Below are positions 49,446 through 58,885 of a stretch of DNA of 64,000 nucleotides, piece after piece. This DNA comes from a bacterium. Its GTDB lineage: Bacteria; Patescibacteriota; Patescibacteriia; UBA2591; MWDC01. The DNA is taken from assembly GCA_021158435.1 (NCBI GenBank), contig JAGGUQ010000005.1, positions 527 through 64,526 of the forward strand, read 5' to 3'. The notes beneath the pieces are model-generated. The model worked only from the letters and a program-made list of their open reading frames with translations. It was not told the origin of the DNA and made no database searches. The position numbers were made by a program, and so were the translations under genes. Position 1 is the stretch's first letter. Each line of letters begins with the position of its first letter.

Positions 49446-50660
49446 TTATTTTATAATCTTAGTAATAACTCCTGCTCCTACAGTCTTTCCTCCTTCTCTA
49501 AAAGCAAATCTTTGCTGTTCTTCAATAGCAACTGGTTTAATAAGTTTAACTTTAACAACTAAGTTGTCACCAGGCATTGCCATTTCAGTACCCTCTGGCA
49601 AAGTAACCTCACCAGTAACGTCTGTAGTCCTTAAATAGACCTGTGGCTTGTATCCACTAAAGAAAGGAGTATGTCGGCCTCCTTCATCCTTAGATAAAAC
49701 ATACAATTTACCTTCAAATTCAGTATGAGGAGTAATGGATCCAGGTTTACAAATAACCTGACCCCTTTCAACTTCGTTCTTTTTAATTCCTCTTAAAAGA
49801 ATACCAGCATTATCACCTGCTCGACCTTCATCTAAGGATTTTCTAAACATTTCAATTCCAGTGACAACTGTTTTTTGAGTAGGTCTTAATCCAACAATTT
49901 CAACTTCGTCATTTAATTTAACAACTCCCCTTTCAATTCGTCCAGTAACAACAGTTCCTCTACCTTCAATAGAGAAAATGTCCTCAATTGGCATTAAAAA
50001 CGGCTTATCAATATCTCTTTCTGGCTCAGGAATGTAGGAATCTAAAGCATCAAGAAGCTTAAAAATTGGCCCGCAATTAGGACAATCTCTCTTTCCGCAA
50101 CCACATTCTAAAGCTTTTAAAGCAGACCCTTCAATAATTGGAATTTCGTCTCCAGGAAATTCATATTTTTTCAAAAGGTCTTTAATTTCTTCCTTAACTA
50201 ACTCAATCATTTCTTCCCTATCCTTTTCATCAAGAGCATCTATCTTATTTAAGAAGACAACCATTGCTGGTACTCCAACCTGACGAGCTAAAAGAATGTG
50301 CTCTCTTGTCTGAGGCATAGGACCATCAGGAGCAGAAACAACCAAAATAGCTCCATCCATCTGAGCTGCTCCAGTAATCATATTCTTGATGTAGTCAGCA
50401 TGACCAGGACAATCAATGTGAGCATAGTGTCTCTTGTCAGTCTCATACTCAACATGAGCTAAAGCAATAGTAATACCTCTTTGCTTTTCTTCTGGAGCGC
50501 TGTCAATTTGGTCAACAGATTTCTGGTCGGCCTTTTTACCAGCAGCAGCTAAACATTTTAAAATTGCTGCAGTTAAAGTAGTTTTTCCATGATCAACATG
50601 GCCAATTGTTCCAACATTAAGATGTGGTTTTTCTCTAACAAATTTTTCTTTTTCAGCCAT
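49446..50660 (-). CDS. tuf: elongation factor Tu (with Cys4 insertion in domain I)
   Basis: 404 aa; [22 protein letters not shown]; insertion [18 protein letters not shown] where most EF-Tu have ALEGD(AE)WE.. Confidence 0.95.
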   Translation of the reverse strand: MAEKEKFVREKPHLNVGTIGHVDHGKTTLTAAILKCLAAAGKKADQKSVDQIDSAPEEKQRGITIALAHVEYETDKRHYAHIDCPGHADYIKNMITGAAQMDGAILVVSAPDGPMPQTREHILLARQVGVPAMVVFLNKIDALDEKDREEMIELVKEEIKDLLKKYEFPGDEIPIIEGSALKALECGCGKRDCPNCGPIFKLLDALDSYIPEPERDIDKPFLMPIEDIFSIEGRGTVVTGRIERGVVKLNDEVEIVGLRPTQKTVVTGIEMFRKSLDEGRAGDNAGILLRGIKKNEVERGQVICKPGSITPHTEFEGKLYVLSKDEGGRHTPFFSGYKPQVYLRTTDVTGEVTLPEGTEMAMPGDNLVVKVKLIKPVAIEEQQRFAFREGGKTVGAGVITKIIK

Positions 50661-50759
50661 AAGAATTCATTTTATTAGAAAGATAAATTAAACTCTCCCT
50701 TTAAACAAATTAAATTATGAAACGACTTTTACATAAAGTAATATATAAAAAGTATAGAT

Positions 50760-52853
50760 TTATGTCAAGTTTTTTTCTTTAATAATTGCTTCAGCAATAT
50801 TAGAAGGAACAGGACTATAATGAGAAAGTTCCATTGTAAAACTTGCTCTTCCTTCAGTTAAAGATCTTAAAGCAGTCATATAACCAAACATTTCCCTTAA
50901 AGGAACAAACGCATCTATTACTTTTGATGGCCCCCTCTCTCCTGTTGATTGAATTTGGGCTTGCCTTGAATTCAAATCACCAATTACATCTCCTAAAAAC
51001 TTTTCTGGAGTAACTACCTCAACTTTCATAACTGGCTCAAGTAAAATAGGATTTGCTTTTTTCACTCCTTCTCTTAAAGCTCTAGTGGCAGCTATTTTAA
51101 AAGCAACTTCTGAAGAGTCAACTTCATGATAGGAACCATCAAAAAGGGTTGCCCTTATATCAACTACTGGATAACCAGCAATGACCCCTGACTCCATTGC
51201 TTCTTTAAGCCCTTTTTCAACTGCAGGAATGTATTCTTTTGGAATAACACCTCCTTTTATCTGGTCAACAAACTCAAACCCTTTACCTCTTTCTAATGGT
51301 TCAAATTTTAACCAACAATGACCATACTGACCTCTTCCACCTGATTGATGAATATATTTCCCCTCAACTTCAACAGGTTGAGTAATTGTCTCTTTATAGG
51401 CAACCTGAGGAGCTCCAGCTCTTACTTCTACTCCAAACTCTCTTTTCAAACGATCAATAATAATTTCCAAATGGAATTCTCCCATTCCTGAAATAATAAC
51501 TTCTCCTGTTTCTTCATCTGTCTTAAATTTAAAAGTCGGATCTTCTTCAGCAAATTTGCTTAAAGCTATACCCATTTTTTCTCTATCTGCTTTTGTTTTT
51601 GGTTCAATTGCCATTGAAATAACTGGATCTGGAAAAGTAATTGATTCTAAAAGAATTGGTTTATCTGGATCACAAAGAGTGTCACCAGTACTTGCTTGCT
51701 TTATCCCAATGATTGCTGCAATATCCCCACTGTGAATTTCTTCAATTGCTTCTCTTTTATTAGCATGCATCCTAACCAATCTTCCCACTCTTTCCTTAGC
51801 CCTAGTTCTAGGGTTGTAAGCATATGAACCTGCTTTAAGAACACCTGAATAAACTCTAATATAGCCAAGTCTTCCCATATAAGGATCAGTAGCTATTTTA
51901 AAAACTAAGCCAGCAAAAGGTTCTTCATCTCCTGTTTTTCTTTGTTCAGGCTCATTTGTTTCCGGGTTTTCACCTTGTACTGGAGGTATATCTATTGGTG
52001 AAGGTAAATAATAACAAATAGCGTCCAATAACAATTGGACACCTTTATTTTTCAAAGAAGACCCCACCAAAACTGGGATAATCCTTCCTTTAATAACTTC
52101 TTCTCTTAAAGCTTTCCTTATTTCTTCTGGAGTTATTTTTTCTCCTTCTAAATATTTATTCATTAAATCATCATGATTAACAACAATAGCTTCTATTAAC
52201 TCCTTTCTTCTTTCTTCTACTTCCTTAACTAAAGATTCAGGAATTGGCTCTTCTTTGATTTCCTTCCCTAAGTCATCTAAATAAACAAAGCTTTTCTCTT
52301 CAATCAAATCAATAACACCTTTAAACTGACTTTCTGCCCCAATAGGAAGTTGAATAGCAAAGGCTGATTTAGTTAATCTTTCTCTAATTGAATCAAAAGA
52401 TTTCTCAAAACTCGCTCCTAACCTATCCATTTTATTAACAAAAGCAATTAAAGGCACATGGAATTTTTGCGACTGATGAAAAACCGTTTCTGACTGAGGT
52501 TCTACCCCAGCTACTCCATCAAAAATAAGAACACCCCCATCAAGCACTCTCAAAGATCGCTGAACTTCTGCGGTAAAATCTATATGTCCAGGGGTGTCAA
52601 TAATGTTTATTTGATATTTCAAAGAACTATACCTTGGCTGCCAAAAACATGTAGTTGCAGCTGAAGTAATTGTAACCCCTCTTTCTCTTTCTTGGACCAT
52701 CCAGTCCATTTCAGCAGTACCTTCATGGACTTCTCCGATCTTATACTTTTTGCCAGTATAATACAAAATTCTTTCAGTTGTTGTTGTTTTTCCGGCATCA
52801 ATATGAGCAATGATACCAATATTTCTAATTTGTTCTAAAGGAAATTCCCTCAT
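50760..52853 (-). CDS. fusA: elongation factor G
   Basis: 697 aa; [28 protein letters not shown]. Confidence 0.95.
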   Translation of the reverse strand: MREFPLEQIRNIGIIAHIDAGKTTTTERILYYTGKKYKIGEVHEGTAEMDWMVQERERGVTITSAATTCFWQPRYSSLKYQINIIDTPGHIDFTAEVQRSLRVLDGGVLIFDGVAGVEPQSETVFHQSQKFHVPLIAFVNKMDRLGASFEKSFDSIRERLTKSAFAIQLPIGAESQFKGVIDLIEEKSFVYLDDLGKEIKEEPIPESLVKEVEERRKELIEAIVVNHDDLMNKYLEGEKITPEEIRKALREEVIKGRIIPVLVGSSLKNKGVQLLLDAICYYLPSPIDIPPVQGENPETNEPEQRKTGDEEPFAGLVFKIATDPYMGRLGYIRVYSGVLKAGSYAYNPRTRAKERVGRLVRMHANKREAIEEIHSGDIAAIIGIKQASTGDTLCDPDKPILLESITFPDPVISMAIEPKTKADREKMGIALSKFAEEDPTFKFKTDEETGEVIISGMGEFHLEIIIDRLKREFGVEVRAGAPQVAYKETITQPVEVEGKYIHQSGGRGQYGHCWLKFEPLERGKGFEFVDQIKGGVIPKEYIPAVEKGLKEAMESGVIAGYPVVDIRATLFDGSYHEVDSSEVAFKIAATRALREGVKKANPILLEPVMKVEVVTPEKFLGDVIGDLNSRQAQIQSTGERGPSKVIDAFVPLREMFGYMTALRSLTEGRASFTMELSHYSPVPSNIAEAIIKEKNLT

Positions 52854-52875
52854 ATTATTGCTTCTTTAACTAGTA

Positions 52876-53346
52876 TTAACGACGGGCAAGATGTGCAAAA
52901 GCGCGATTAGCTTCAGCCATCTTGTAAACATTATCTCTTTTTGTAATAGCTGCTCCTTGACCTTTTGCTGCTTCTTGAAATTCATGAGCTAATTTTTCAG
53001 CCATTGGTTTACCTTTAGCTGATTTTGCTGCTTCAATAATCCAACGTGAAGCTAAATAAAACCTTCTTCTTTCTGAAGTTGGTGTTGGTATCTGATAGTT
53101 AGCTCCACCAATACGAGCAGATCTTAATTCTACTTTAGGGCCAACATTTTCAATAGCTTGATAAAATATTTTTAAAGGATCTTGGCCACTTGCTTCTTTA
53201 ATAATATCAAAAGCTCGATAAAGAATTTTCCTTGCTAAACTTTTCTTTCCTCTTCTCATCAAGTAATTAATAAACTTAGCTACCTTTTCATCATTGTAGC
53301 GTAAGTCAGGATCAATTTTTCTTGGTTTTGCTCTTTTTCCTCTCAT
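52876..53346 (-). CDS. rpsG: 30S ribosomal protein S7
   Basis: 156 aa; conserved S7 blocks. Confidence 0.95.
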   Translation of the reverse strand: MRGKRAKPRKIDPDLRYNDEKVAKFINYLMRRGKKSLARKILYRAFDIIKEASGQDPLKIFYQAIENVGPKVELRSARIGGANYQIPTPTSERRRFYLASRWIIEAAKSAKGKPMAEKLAHEFQEAAKGQGAAITKRDNVYKMAEANRAFAHLARR

Positions 53347-53361
53347 AAATCAAAAATTAAG

Positions 53362-53814
53362 TTATTCTTCTTGCTTGCTCTCTTTTTTTGGGGCAGATGT
53401 TTTTTCTTTCTTTACCCCATAAAGACTTCGGGATGTTTTTCTGCCTTCTACTCCACTTGCATCATAAGCTCCTCGGACAATATGATAACGAACCCCTGGC
53501 AAATCCTTAACTCTTCCTCCTCTAACCAAAACAACTGAATATTCTTGAAGATTATGACCAATACCTGGAATATAAGCAGTAACCTCCATACCATTAGAAA
53601 GTCTTACTCGAGCAATTTTTCTTAAAGCAGAGTTTGGTTTCTTAGGGGTCATTGTAGTTACCTTCAAACACACCCCTCTTAAAAAAGGATTCCCTTTTGG
53701 TAAAGTTTTTCTTCTCCTTTCTCGAGCATTAAAAATATTCCGCAAAACAACTGCTTTTGGTTTTTTCTTTCTTAACTTCCTTCCTTTTTTTACTAATTGA
53801 TTTATTGTTGGCAT
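53362..53814 (-). CDS. rpsL: 30S ribosomal protein S12
   Basis: 150 aa; [13 protein letters not shown].., [10 protein letters not shown]; K/E-rich C-terminal tail. Confidence 0.95.
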   Translation of the reverse strand: MPTINQLVKKGRKLRKKKPKAVVLRNIFNARERRRKTLPKGNPFLRGVCLKVTTMTPKKPNSALRKIARVRLSNGMEVTAYIPGIGHNLQEYSVVLVRGGRVKDLPGVRYHIVRGAYDASGVEGRKTSRSLYGVKKEKTSAPKKESKQEE

Positions 53815-53921
53815 AATCTATTAAAATAAATTTTTATTAGCAAAAATATAATAAATTAAAATATAGTATTTAAAAAATATGTCAATATTTTTTTAGTTAA
53901 ATTAAACCAAAAAGTTTAAAA

Positions 53922-54566
53922 TCAATAAAAGTTGATTCCAAAAATTCTACTAATCAAAGATATAACCAGACCAAATAATGAACCAAAAATAGAAATAGGC
54001 ATTAATCTATCTAAAACAAGCAATCCTAACAAAATAAAAGGACCATTCCTCTCCATCTTATACACGATGTCTTCTCTATTTTTAGGCAAGACAGCATAAA
54101 GAATTTTTGAACCATCTAAAGGAGGAATAGGGATCAAATTAAAAACCATCAAAACAGCATTGATAATAACTAACCAAGACAAAAAAAGGATTAACAAACT
54201 GTTGGAAAAAAAATAATTTTTAACAAGAACAAAAATTAAACCAAAAATAATTATACTAAACAAGTTGAACAATGGGCCAGCTAAGGCAACAATAGCTGGA
54301 CCATACTTTTTATTTCTTAAATTAAAAGGGTTAAAAGGAACTGGTTTCCCCCAACCAAAACCAACTAAAAGGAAAAACAAAAAACCAAATAAATCAATGT
54401 GAGCTAAGGGGTTCAAAGTTAAACGGCCCATATTCTTAGCTGTAGGATCACCTAGAACATAAGCAGCAAAAGCATGCCCATACTCATGAACAGACAAAGC
54501 AAAAAGAATGGACAGAATAAAAATAAAAAAAATAATTGGCGATTGAATAAAAAGAGATAAAGCCAT
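53922..54566 (-). CDS. M50-family (site-2 protease-like) membrane zinc metallopeptidase
   Basis: 214 aa, multi-TM; HEYGHAFAAYVLGD (HExxH) in first TM region. Confidence 0.6.
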   Translation of the reverse strand: MALSLFIQSPIIFFIFILSILFALSVHEYGHAFAAYVLGDPTAKNMGRLTLNPLAHIDLFGFLFFLLVGFGWGKPVPFNPFNLRNKKYGPAIVALAGPLFNLFSIIIFGLIFVLVKNYFFSNSLLILFLSWLVIINAVLMVFNLIPIPPLDGSKILYAVLPKNREDIVYKMERNGPFILLGLLVLDRLMPISIFGSLFGLVISLISRIFGINFY

Positions 54567-54598
54567 AGTGCTTTAGATTATAAACTAACAAAAAACAC

Positions 54599-54627
54599 TT
54601 GTCAAGAAAAAATTTTTAGTATATAAT
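54599..54627 (+). promoter_or_regulatory. sigma70 promoter of rpmB (-35 TTGTCA, 17-nt spacer, -10 TATAAT) predicting a leaderless transcript
   Basis: cttgtcaagaaaaaatttttagtatataatcagcctATG: -10 ends 6 nt before the ATG. Confidence 0.5.
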
Positions 54628-54633
54628 CAGCCT

Positions 54634-54819
54634 ATGGCAAGAAAATGTGACATCTGCAAAAAACAACCACGAACAGCTCAAAGAAGGAGCCACTCTAACA
54701 AGGCCACCCGCCGTTGGCAACATTTAAATTTACAAACAAAAAGAATTAACGGCAAAAAAATAAAAATTTGTGCCAGATGCCTAAAAACACTAAAAAGGAA
54801 AGTGCTTATTAAAGTTTAG
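54634..54819 (+). CDS. rpmB: 50S ribosomal protein L28
   Basis: 61 aa; MARKCDICKK..RRSHSNKATRRWQ.NLQ typical L28. Confidence 0.9.
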   Translation: MARKCDICKKQPRTAQRRSHSNKATRRWQHLNLQTKRINGKKIKICARCLKTLKRKVLIKV

Positions 54820-54824
54820 CTTAC

Positions 54825-54901
54825 GGGCTGTGGCACAGTTGGTTAGCGCACTCGCCTGGGGGGCGAGAGGTCGCCGGTTCGAGTCCGGCCAGCCCGACCA
54901 G
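54825..54901 (+). tRNA. tRNA-Pro (anticodon GGG)
   Basis: Hand-folded cloverleaf: 7-bp acceptor CGGGCUG/CAGCCCG, anticodon stem CUCGC/GCGAG with loop CUGGGGG (G37), T-arm GCCGG-UUCGAGU-CCGGC, discriminator A, encoded CCA; coordinates +/-1. Confidence 0.85.
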
Positions 54902-55012
54902 ACGTAGCGTTCATCACTTTCTTCCTTCCTCTAAACTCCAAACTTTGAGCCTAACAAAAAAGTTCTTAGTCCTGTACAGATAAAATGGCAAGATTTTTTA
55001 TCTTGACACAAG

Positions 55013-55041
55013 GCGCCAACACAAAGTTGACGCTTTTTTTT
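55013..55041 (+). terminator. rho-independent terminator after rpmB/tRNA-Pro
   Basis: GCGCCAAC-acaaa-GTTGACGC (8-bp stem, 1 mismatch) followed by 8 T. Confidence 0.5.
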
Positions 55042-55087
55042 CTTATAAGCAAAAATTTCAAAACAACACCATAATTCCAAAGGCCCA

Positions 55088-55152
55088 TATTCCCGGAGCC
55101 ATCCCGGAGGTAGTCTCCGGAGGCAGCCTCCGGAGGCAGCCTCCGGGAAAGG
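55088..55152. repeat. REP-like GC-rich palindromic array, locus D
   Basis: cccggagccatcccggaggtagtctccggaggcagcctccggaggcagcctccggg; includes perfect 17-nt palindrome ccggaggcagcctccgg twice. Confidence 0.8.
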
Positions 55153-55247
55153 TCGGGGAAAAAACTCCAATTACTGGCGTCATTGAACCTTTTTTGAATA
55201 AAATCCGCAAGCAAGTTTTGAATAATCCTGAAAGGGCCTTACTCTTA

Positions 55248-55952
55248 TTATCTTCCCGCCAAATAAACGTTTTTTAGTTTCTCGTCGCTTAAAACCTCTT
55301 TTCCACCCTTCAGGACAATCTTGCCGCCTTCTAAAATATAAGTCCTGTGAGCAATTTCTGCTGCTTTCTTAACATTTTGCTCAACAATAATTATTGATAT
55401 GCCTTGTTTATTAATTTCTTTTATCTTTTCAAAAATTTCTTTCATTACTTTTGGTGCTAGCCCTAAAGAGGGTTCATCTAAAAGAAGTAATTCTGGGTCC
55501 TGAATTAGCGCTCTTGCTATAGCCAACATTTGTTGTTGGCCTCCGGACAAAGTAAAAGCTCTATCATTCTGCTTTTGTTTCAAAACCGGAAATTTTTCAA
55601 AAACGTCTTCCAAGTTTCTTTTAAATAACTTATGGTCTTTCATTATAAAAGCCCCCATTTCCAAATTTTCCCGGACAGTCAACGTGGGAAATATCTGCCT
55701 TCCTTGGGGAACATAAGAAATTCCTTCATAAATCAGGTAATAAGTGGGAAGATTTGTAATATCTTTATTCTTATATTCAATAGTTCCATTATAAATCTCA
55801 CATAAGTTAAAAATACTCTTTAATAGAGTTGATTTCCCAGCTCCATTGGGCCCGATCAAAGCCACAATTTCCGCTGGCTTTACTTCTAAGTCAACCCCAT
55901 GCAATATCTCCATTCCATTGTAGCCAGACTTTAGATTTTGGATATTGAGCAT
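55248..55952 (-). CDS. livF: LIV-type (HAAT family) ABC transporter ATP-binding protein LivF-like
   Basis: 234 aa; LIGPNGAGKSTLL Walker A, LSGGQQQMLAIARAL signature, LLLDEPS Walker B. Confidence 0.85.
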   Translation of the reverse strand: MLNIQNLKSGYNGMEILHGVDLEVKPAEIVALIGPNGAGKSTLLKSIFNLCEIYNGTIEYKNKDITNLPTYYLIYEGISYVPQGRQIFPTLTVRENLEMGAFIMKDHKLFKRNLEDVFEKFPVLKQKQNDRAFTLSGGQQQMLAIARALIQDPELLLLDEPSLGLAPKVMKEIFEKIKEINKQGISIIIVEQNVKKAAEIAHRTYILEGGKIVLKGGKEVLSDEKLKNVYLAGR

Positions 55953-56518
55953 ACAATTGGTCTTAAATATTTATTAAGCCGGGTATAATCCACTCTTTTT
56001 AAATAAGTTTTTAACCTTTTTTTATTCAAGCCCTCTAAATTCATCTCCTCTATATCAAATTTAGCATAACCATTTAATGAAAGATAAGCCTGATCTAAAA
56101 GGGCTTTCTCAGGAGTCGCGACTAAATAATTAGCTTCTTTTTTATACCCCCAAAACATTCTCTCTTGTAAATGATGGTAAATCAAATTCCTCTGACTTGT
56201 TTTTATAGTTTTACTTCTATTTATAGTAGCCAAGGTCAAATGAATAGGCTTTTGGCTCATTATATTATAATAACTTAACGCCCATTCAAAAGAAAGATAA
56301 CTTGGATAATAAATTTCTACAGCTAAACTCTGCCAATCAACTTTATTAATGTTAATAGTATAAACCCCTCTGGTAATTCTAATTAACTTCTTATCTTTTA
56401 CCAACCGATTGAGAGCTACTTTTAAACTTTTATCACTAAGATTGGTAATCTTTTTTATGTCAGCAAAATAAAAATAGGTTTTGGGAATAGATTTAATTCT
56501 TTCTGCTAATTTTTTCAT
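55931..56518 (-). CDS. abiEi: AbiEi-family antitoxin / regulator (second copy), encoded downstream of its toxin
   Basis: 195 aa; ITRGVYTININ and YYPSYLSFEWALSYYNIM paralogous to 5555..6205 protein. Confidence 0.6.
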   Translation of the reverse strand: MKKLAERIKSIPKTYFYFADIKKITNLSDKSLKVALNRLVKDKKLIRITRGVYTININKVDWQSLAVEIYYPSYLSFEWALSYYNIMSQKPIHLTLATINRSKTIKTSQRNLIYHHLQERMFWGYKKEANYLVATPEKALLDQAYLSLNGYAKFDIEEMNLEGLNKKRLKTYLKRVDYTRLNKYLRPIVCSISKI

Positions 56519-57185
56519 ATAATTGTTGAATTACTGGATAATATTCTTTAGGTAAAAATACTTGTAATTCGTTCCTAAACTCTCGCTCAGAGTATTTTGG
56601 CATCTTCTCTGGCAAAACAAAATTTTCTCTTAACAACCTAGAAATATACCATAAGTCGAAAACATCTCTTGCTTTTTTTCTTTTACTTAAACTTTCTTGC
56701 TTTAGTTTTTTTAATTCTGTGATAGTTGGGACTAAAAGCAATGGCTCTAAGGCACTAACTGGGCTTTTAATTAAAGATAATTCCTTGTCTAATTTTATTC
56801 TCTTATTTGGTTTATGAATTTCTACTTTTATAGAAAATGCGTGTTTTAACTTATTGTCCTTGATTAAAAATAAAGCAAACATTGTCTTTCTTTTATCCTT
56901 AGCATCTTTCAGTTGCCAATTTTGGTTATCTTTAACTGTTTGTTTAACCAAATCTCTAAAATCCGAAAAATTTATTTTCTTTATTTGAATCAAGTCTATA
57001 TCTTCTGAAAAACGGGGTGAACCATAAACCAGCCGCAAAGCTGTTCCTCCATAGAAAATAAGCTTAGAGGAAATTTTATGCTTAGCTAGCGCATTTAAAA
57101 AAATCACTTCTGCTTCTTCCTGTAAAATTCTATCTGCTGATATTTTTATTTTTTCAACCAAATTGTTTAATGTTTCAATATCCAT
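56493..57185 (-). CDS. abiEii: AbiEii/AbiGii-family nucleotidyltransferase toxin (second copy)
   Basis: 230 aa; LIFYGGTALRLVYGSPRFSEDIDLIQ and KARDVFDLWYI motifs. Confidence 0.75.
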   Translation of the reverse strand: MDIETLNNLVEKIKISADRILQEEAEVIFLNALAKHKISSKLIFYGGTALRLVYGSPRFSEDIDLIQIKKINFSDFRDLVKQTVKDNQNWQLKDAKDKRKTMFALFLIKDNKLKHAFSIKVEIHKPNKRIKLDKELSLIKSPVSALEPLLLVPTITELKKLKQESLSKRKKARDVFDLWYISRLLRENFVLPEKMPKYSEREFRNELQVFLPKEYYPVIQQLYEKISRKN

Positions 57186-57194
57186 AGATGCGTA

Positions 57195-57218
57195 AAAGTT
57201 AACAATTTTGTTAACTTT
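57195..57218. promoter_or_regulatory. perfect inverted repeat AAAGTTAACAA-tt-TTGTTAACTTT immediately upstream of second abiEii; candidate operator
   Basis: 11-bp perfect arms seen in sequence, 10 bp upstream of start codon. Confidence 0.4.
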
Positions 57219-57240
57219 ATTGTATCATTAATCTAAACCC

Positions 57241-57306
57241 AAGTCAACTCCATGCAATATCTCCATTCCATTGTAGCCAGACTTTAGATTTTTTACTGTA
57301 AGCATA
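57241..57306 (-). pseudogene. remnant 5' fragment of livF (first ~22 codons, MLTVKNLKSGYNGMEILHGVDL) forming a direct repeat with the intact livF 5' end
   Basis: 57241-57290 matches 55889-55938 at 49/50 nt; brackets the AbiE cassette. Confidence 0.7.
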
Positions 57307-57476
57307 AAAATCAAATTTAAGATTCAAGATTAAAGACTTAAAATTATCAGATAATTATATCATATTTTCCCAAACTAAAAAGCCGGCTTCACCGGCCTTT
57401 TGGTAGTGCAACCTTTCATCTCTCAACTTTACTCTTCGTATGCCACAAATTTGCCGTTTTTAGAACTTCATTTTTA

Positions 57477-57575
57477 CTCAATTACTTCTGGTCTTCCATT
57501 GATGATTTTCTTTACAACATACCCCAAACCTACAACATCTCCATTTTTATCAAAACGGTATTTACCGATAATTAA
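57477..57575 (-). pseudogene. remnant 3' fragment of a LIV-type substrate-binding protein gene (..IIGKYRFDKNGDVVGLGYVVKKIINGRPEVIE*)
   Basis: translates to a close paralog of the C-terminus of the 57632..58699 protein; lies directly downstream of that gene. Confidence 0.65.
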
Positions 57576-57631
57576 TCTATTTTCACCATACGGCACAAAG
57601 ACCTCTTTGGCCTTCTTAGAAAATATGGATT

Positions 57632-58699
57632 CTATTCAATTAACTCTGGTTTCCCGTTAATAATTTTTTTAATTGCAAATCCTATTCCTACTACATCTCC
57701 ATTACTATCAAATCTATATTTTCCTATCACTCCATCATATTCTTCTAATCCATACAAGTAATCTCTAATACATTCAGTATTTTCTCCACACTTTTTTAAA
57801 GCATCCGCTATTATATAAACTCTATCGTAGCTTGCTCCAGCATCCCAATCACTAGCAGGTTGCCCATATCGAGCAGTGTATTTATCCACGAAAATCTTAG
57901 CTTTAGGATTTTTTAAATCCAACACAGGAACATCTTCGAATATTATCCCTTCAGCTGCGGACCCGGCTGATTTTAAAGCATCTTCCCCACTAAAAACCCA
58001 TGTGCTAAGAATTGGCACATCAATTTTCATTTCTCTAATCTGTTTTGCCGCTAACCCTCCAGTTATACCTGAATAAGCGCCTAGAAATATTAGGTCTGGA
58101 TTGCTCGCTTTTATTTTTATTAATTGAGTCCTGTAATCCTTTTCTCCCAGTCCAAAAAGCTCATCGCTTACTATTTTCCCTCTTAATTGTTCAAATTTTT
58201 CTTTAAAAACATCTCTTAATCCGATTGTGACATCTGAACTTTCTGCCAAAATTGCCGCTTTTCTGTGTCCCCTGTCGAAAGCTAATTGAGCTAAAAACCT
58301 GCCAGCATCGTCGTCTCTAGGGCCATTTCTAAAAACAAAATCTCCTGCCTCTGAAATAGCAGGATTAGACGCATAAGAGCTAAATAAAATTACTTTATTC
58401 CTTTCTGCAATCGGTGCCATAGCTAACGTTTCAGCACTAGTCGTTCCACCTAAAACTACTTTTACCCCATCAATATTTATTAATTTCTGAATAGCTGTTA
58501 CTGCAGCCTGAGCTTCACCCTTCCCATCTTCAGGAATTAATTCTAGTTGTCTTCCATTTATTCCACCATCATTGTTTATTTCCTCAACTGCAAGTTCAAT
58601 AGCGTTTAATTCGCTCTGGCCATAATTAGCAGCATCACCACTTAAAGTTCCTACAAAACCAATCTTTATAACCTCTTCTTCAGCAGGCTTTCTACTCAC
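57632..58699 (-). CDS. LIV-type periplasmic substrate-binding protein paralog, N-terminally truncated (no signal peptide/anchor; GTG start) - possibly a pseudogene
   Basis: 355 aa; begins VSRKPAEEEV, which is internal (post-anchor) in paralog 58886..60055; in-frame TAG 3 codons upstream where the paralog has TGG; REP array immediately upstream. Confidence 0.6.
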   Translation of the reverse strand: MSRKPAEEEVIKIGFVGTLSGDAANYGQSELNAIELAVEEINNDGGINGRQLELIPEDGKGEAQAAVTAIQKLINIDGVKVVLGGTTSAETLAMAPIAERNKVILFSSYASNPAISEAGDFVFRNGPRDDDAGRFLAQLAFDRGHRKAAILAESSDVTIGLRDVFKEKFEQLRGKIVSDELFGLGEKDYRTQLIKIKASNPDLIFLGAYSGITGGLAAKQIREMKIDVPILSTWVFSGEDALKSAGSAAEGIIFEDVPVLDLKNPKAKIFVDKYTARYGQPASDWDAGASYDRVYIIADALKKCGENTECIRDYLYGLEEYDGVIGKYRFDSNGDVVGIGFAIKKIINGKPELIE

Positions 58700-58718
58700 C
58701 CCCCACTAAATTCCAGCA

Positions 58719-58795
58719 ATCCGGAGGCTGCCTATTTCCGGAGGCTGCCTCCGGGATGACTCCGGGATAACCTCCAGGATGAATCTGGAATTTCT
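58719..58795. repeat. REP-like GC-rich palindromic array, locus E
   Basis: aatccggaggctgcctatttccggaggctgcctccgggatgactccgggataacctccagg; includes perfect palindrome ccggaggctgcctccgg. Confidence 0.8.
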
Positions 58796-58885
58796 AACCC
58801 TATTCCGTGCAAAATTCCCATTCCATAAAAATTCATGAAAACTTTAGTTCTTTGAAAACCTTTACGGATAAAATTATATTTTGTT

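Noticed and set aside
54979-55002. Inverted repeat GATAAAA-tggcaaga-TTTTTATC downstream of tRNA-Pro as an integration (att) site
   Set aside because: The AT-only 7-bp arms are compatible with chance in AT-rich DNA. No integrase or direct repeat of the tRNA 3' end was found nearby.
54931-55214. ORFs 54931..55170 and 54966..55214 on the minus strand encoding LRRLPPE/GGCLRRLPP-type peptides
   Set aside because: They are read straight through REP array D. The repeated peptide motif is simply the translation of CTCCGGAGG repeats. There is no start context and they overlap the rpmB/tRNA terminator region. Spurious.
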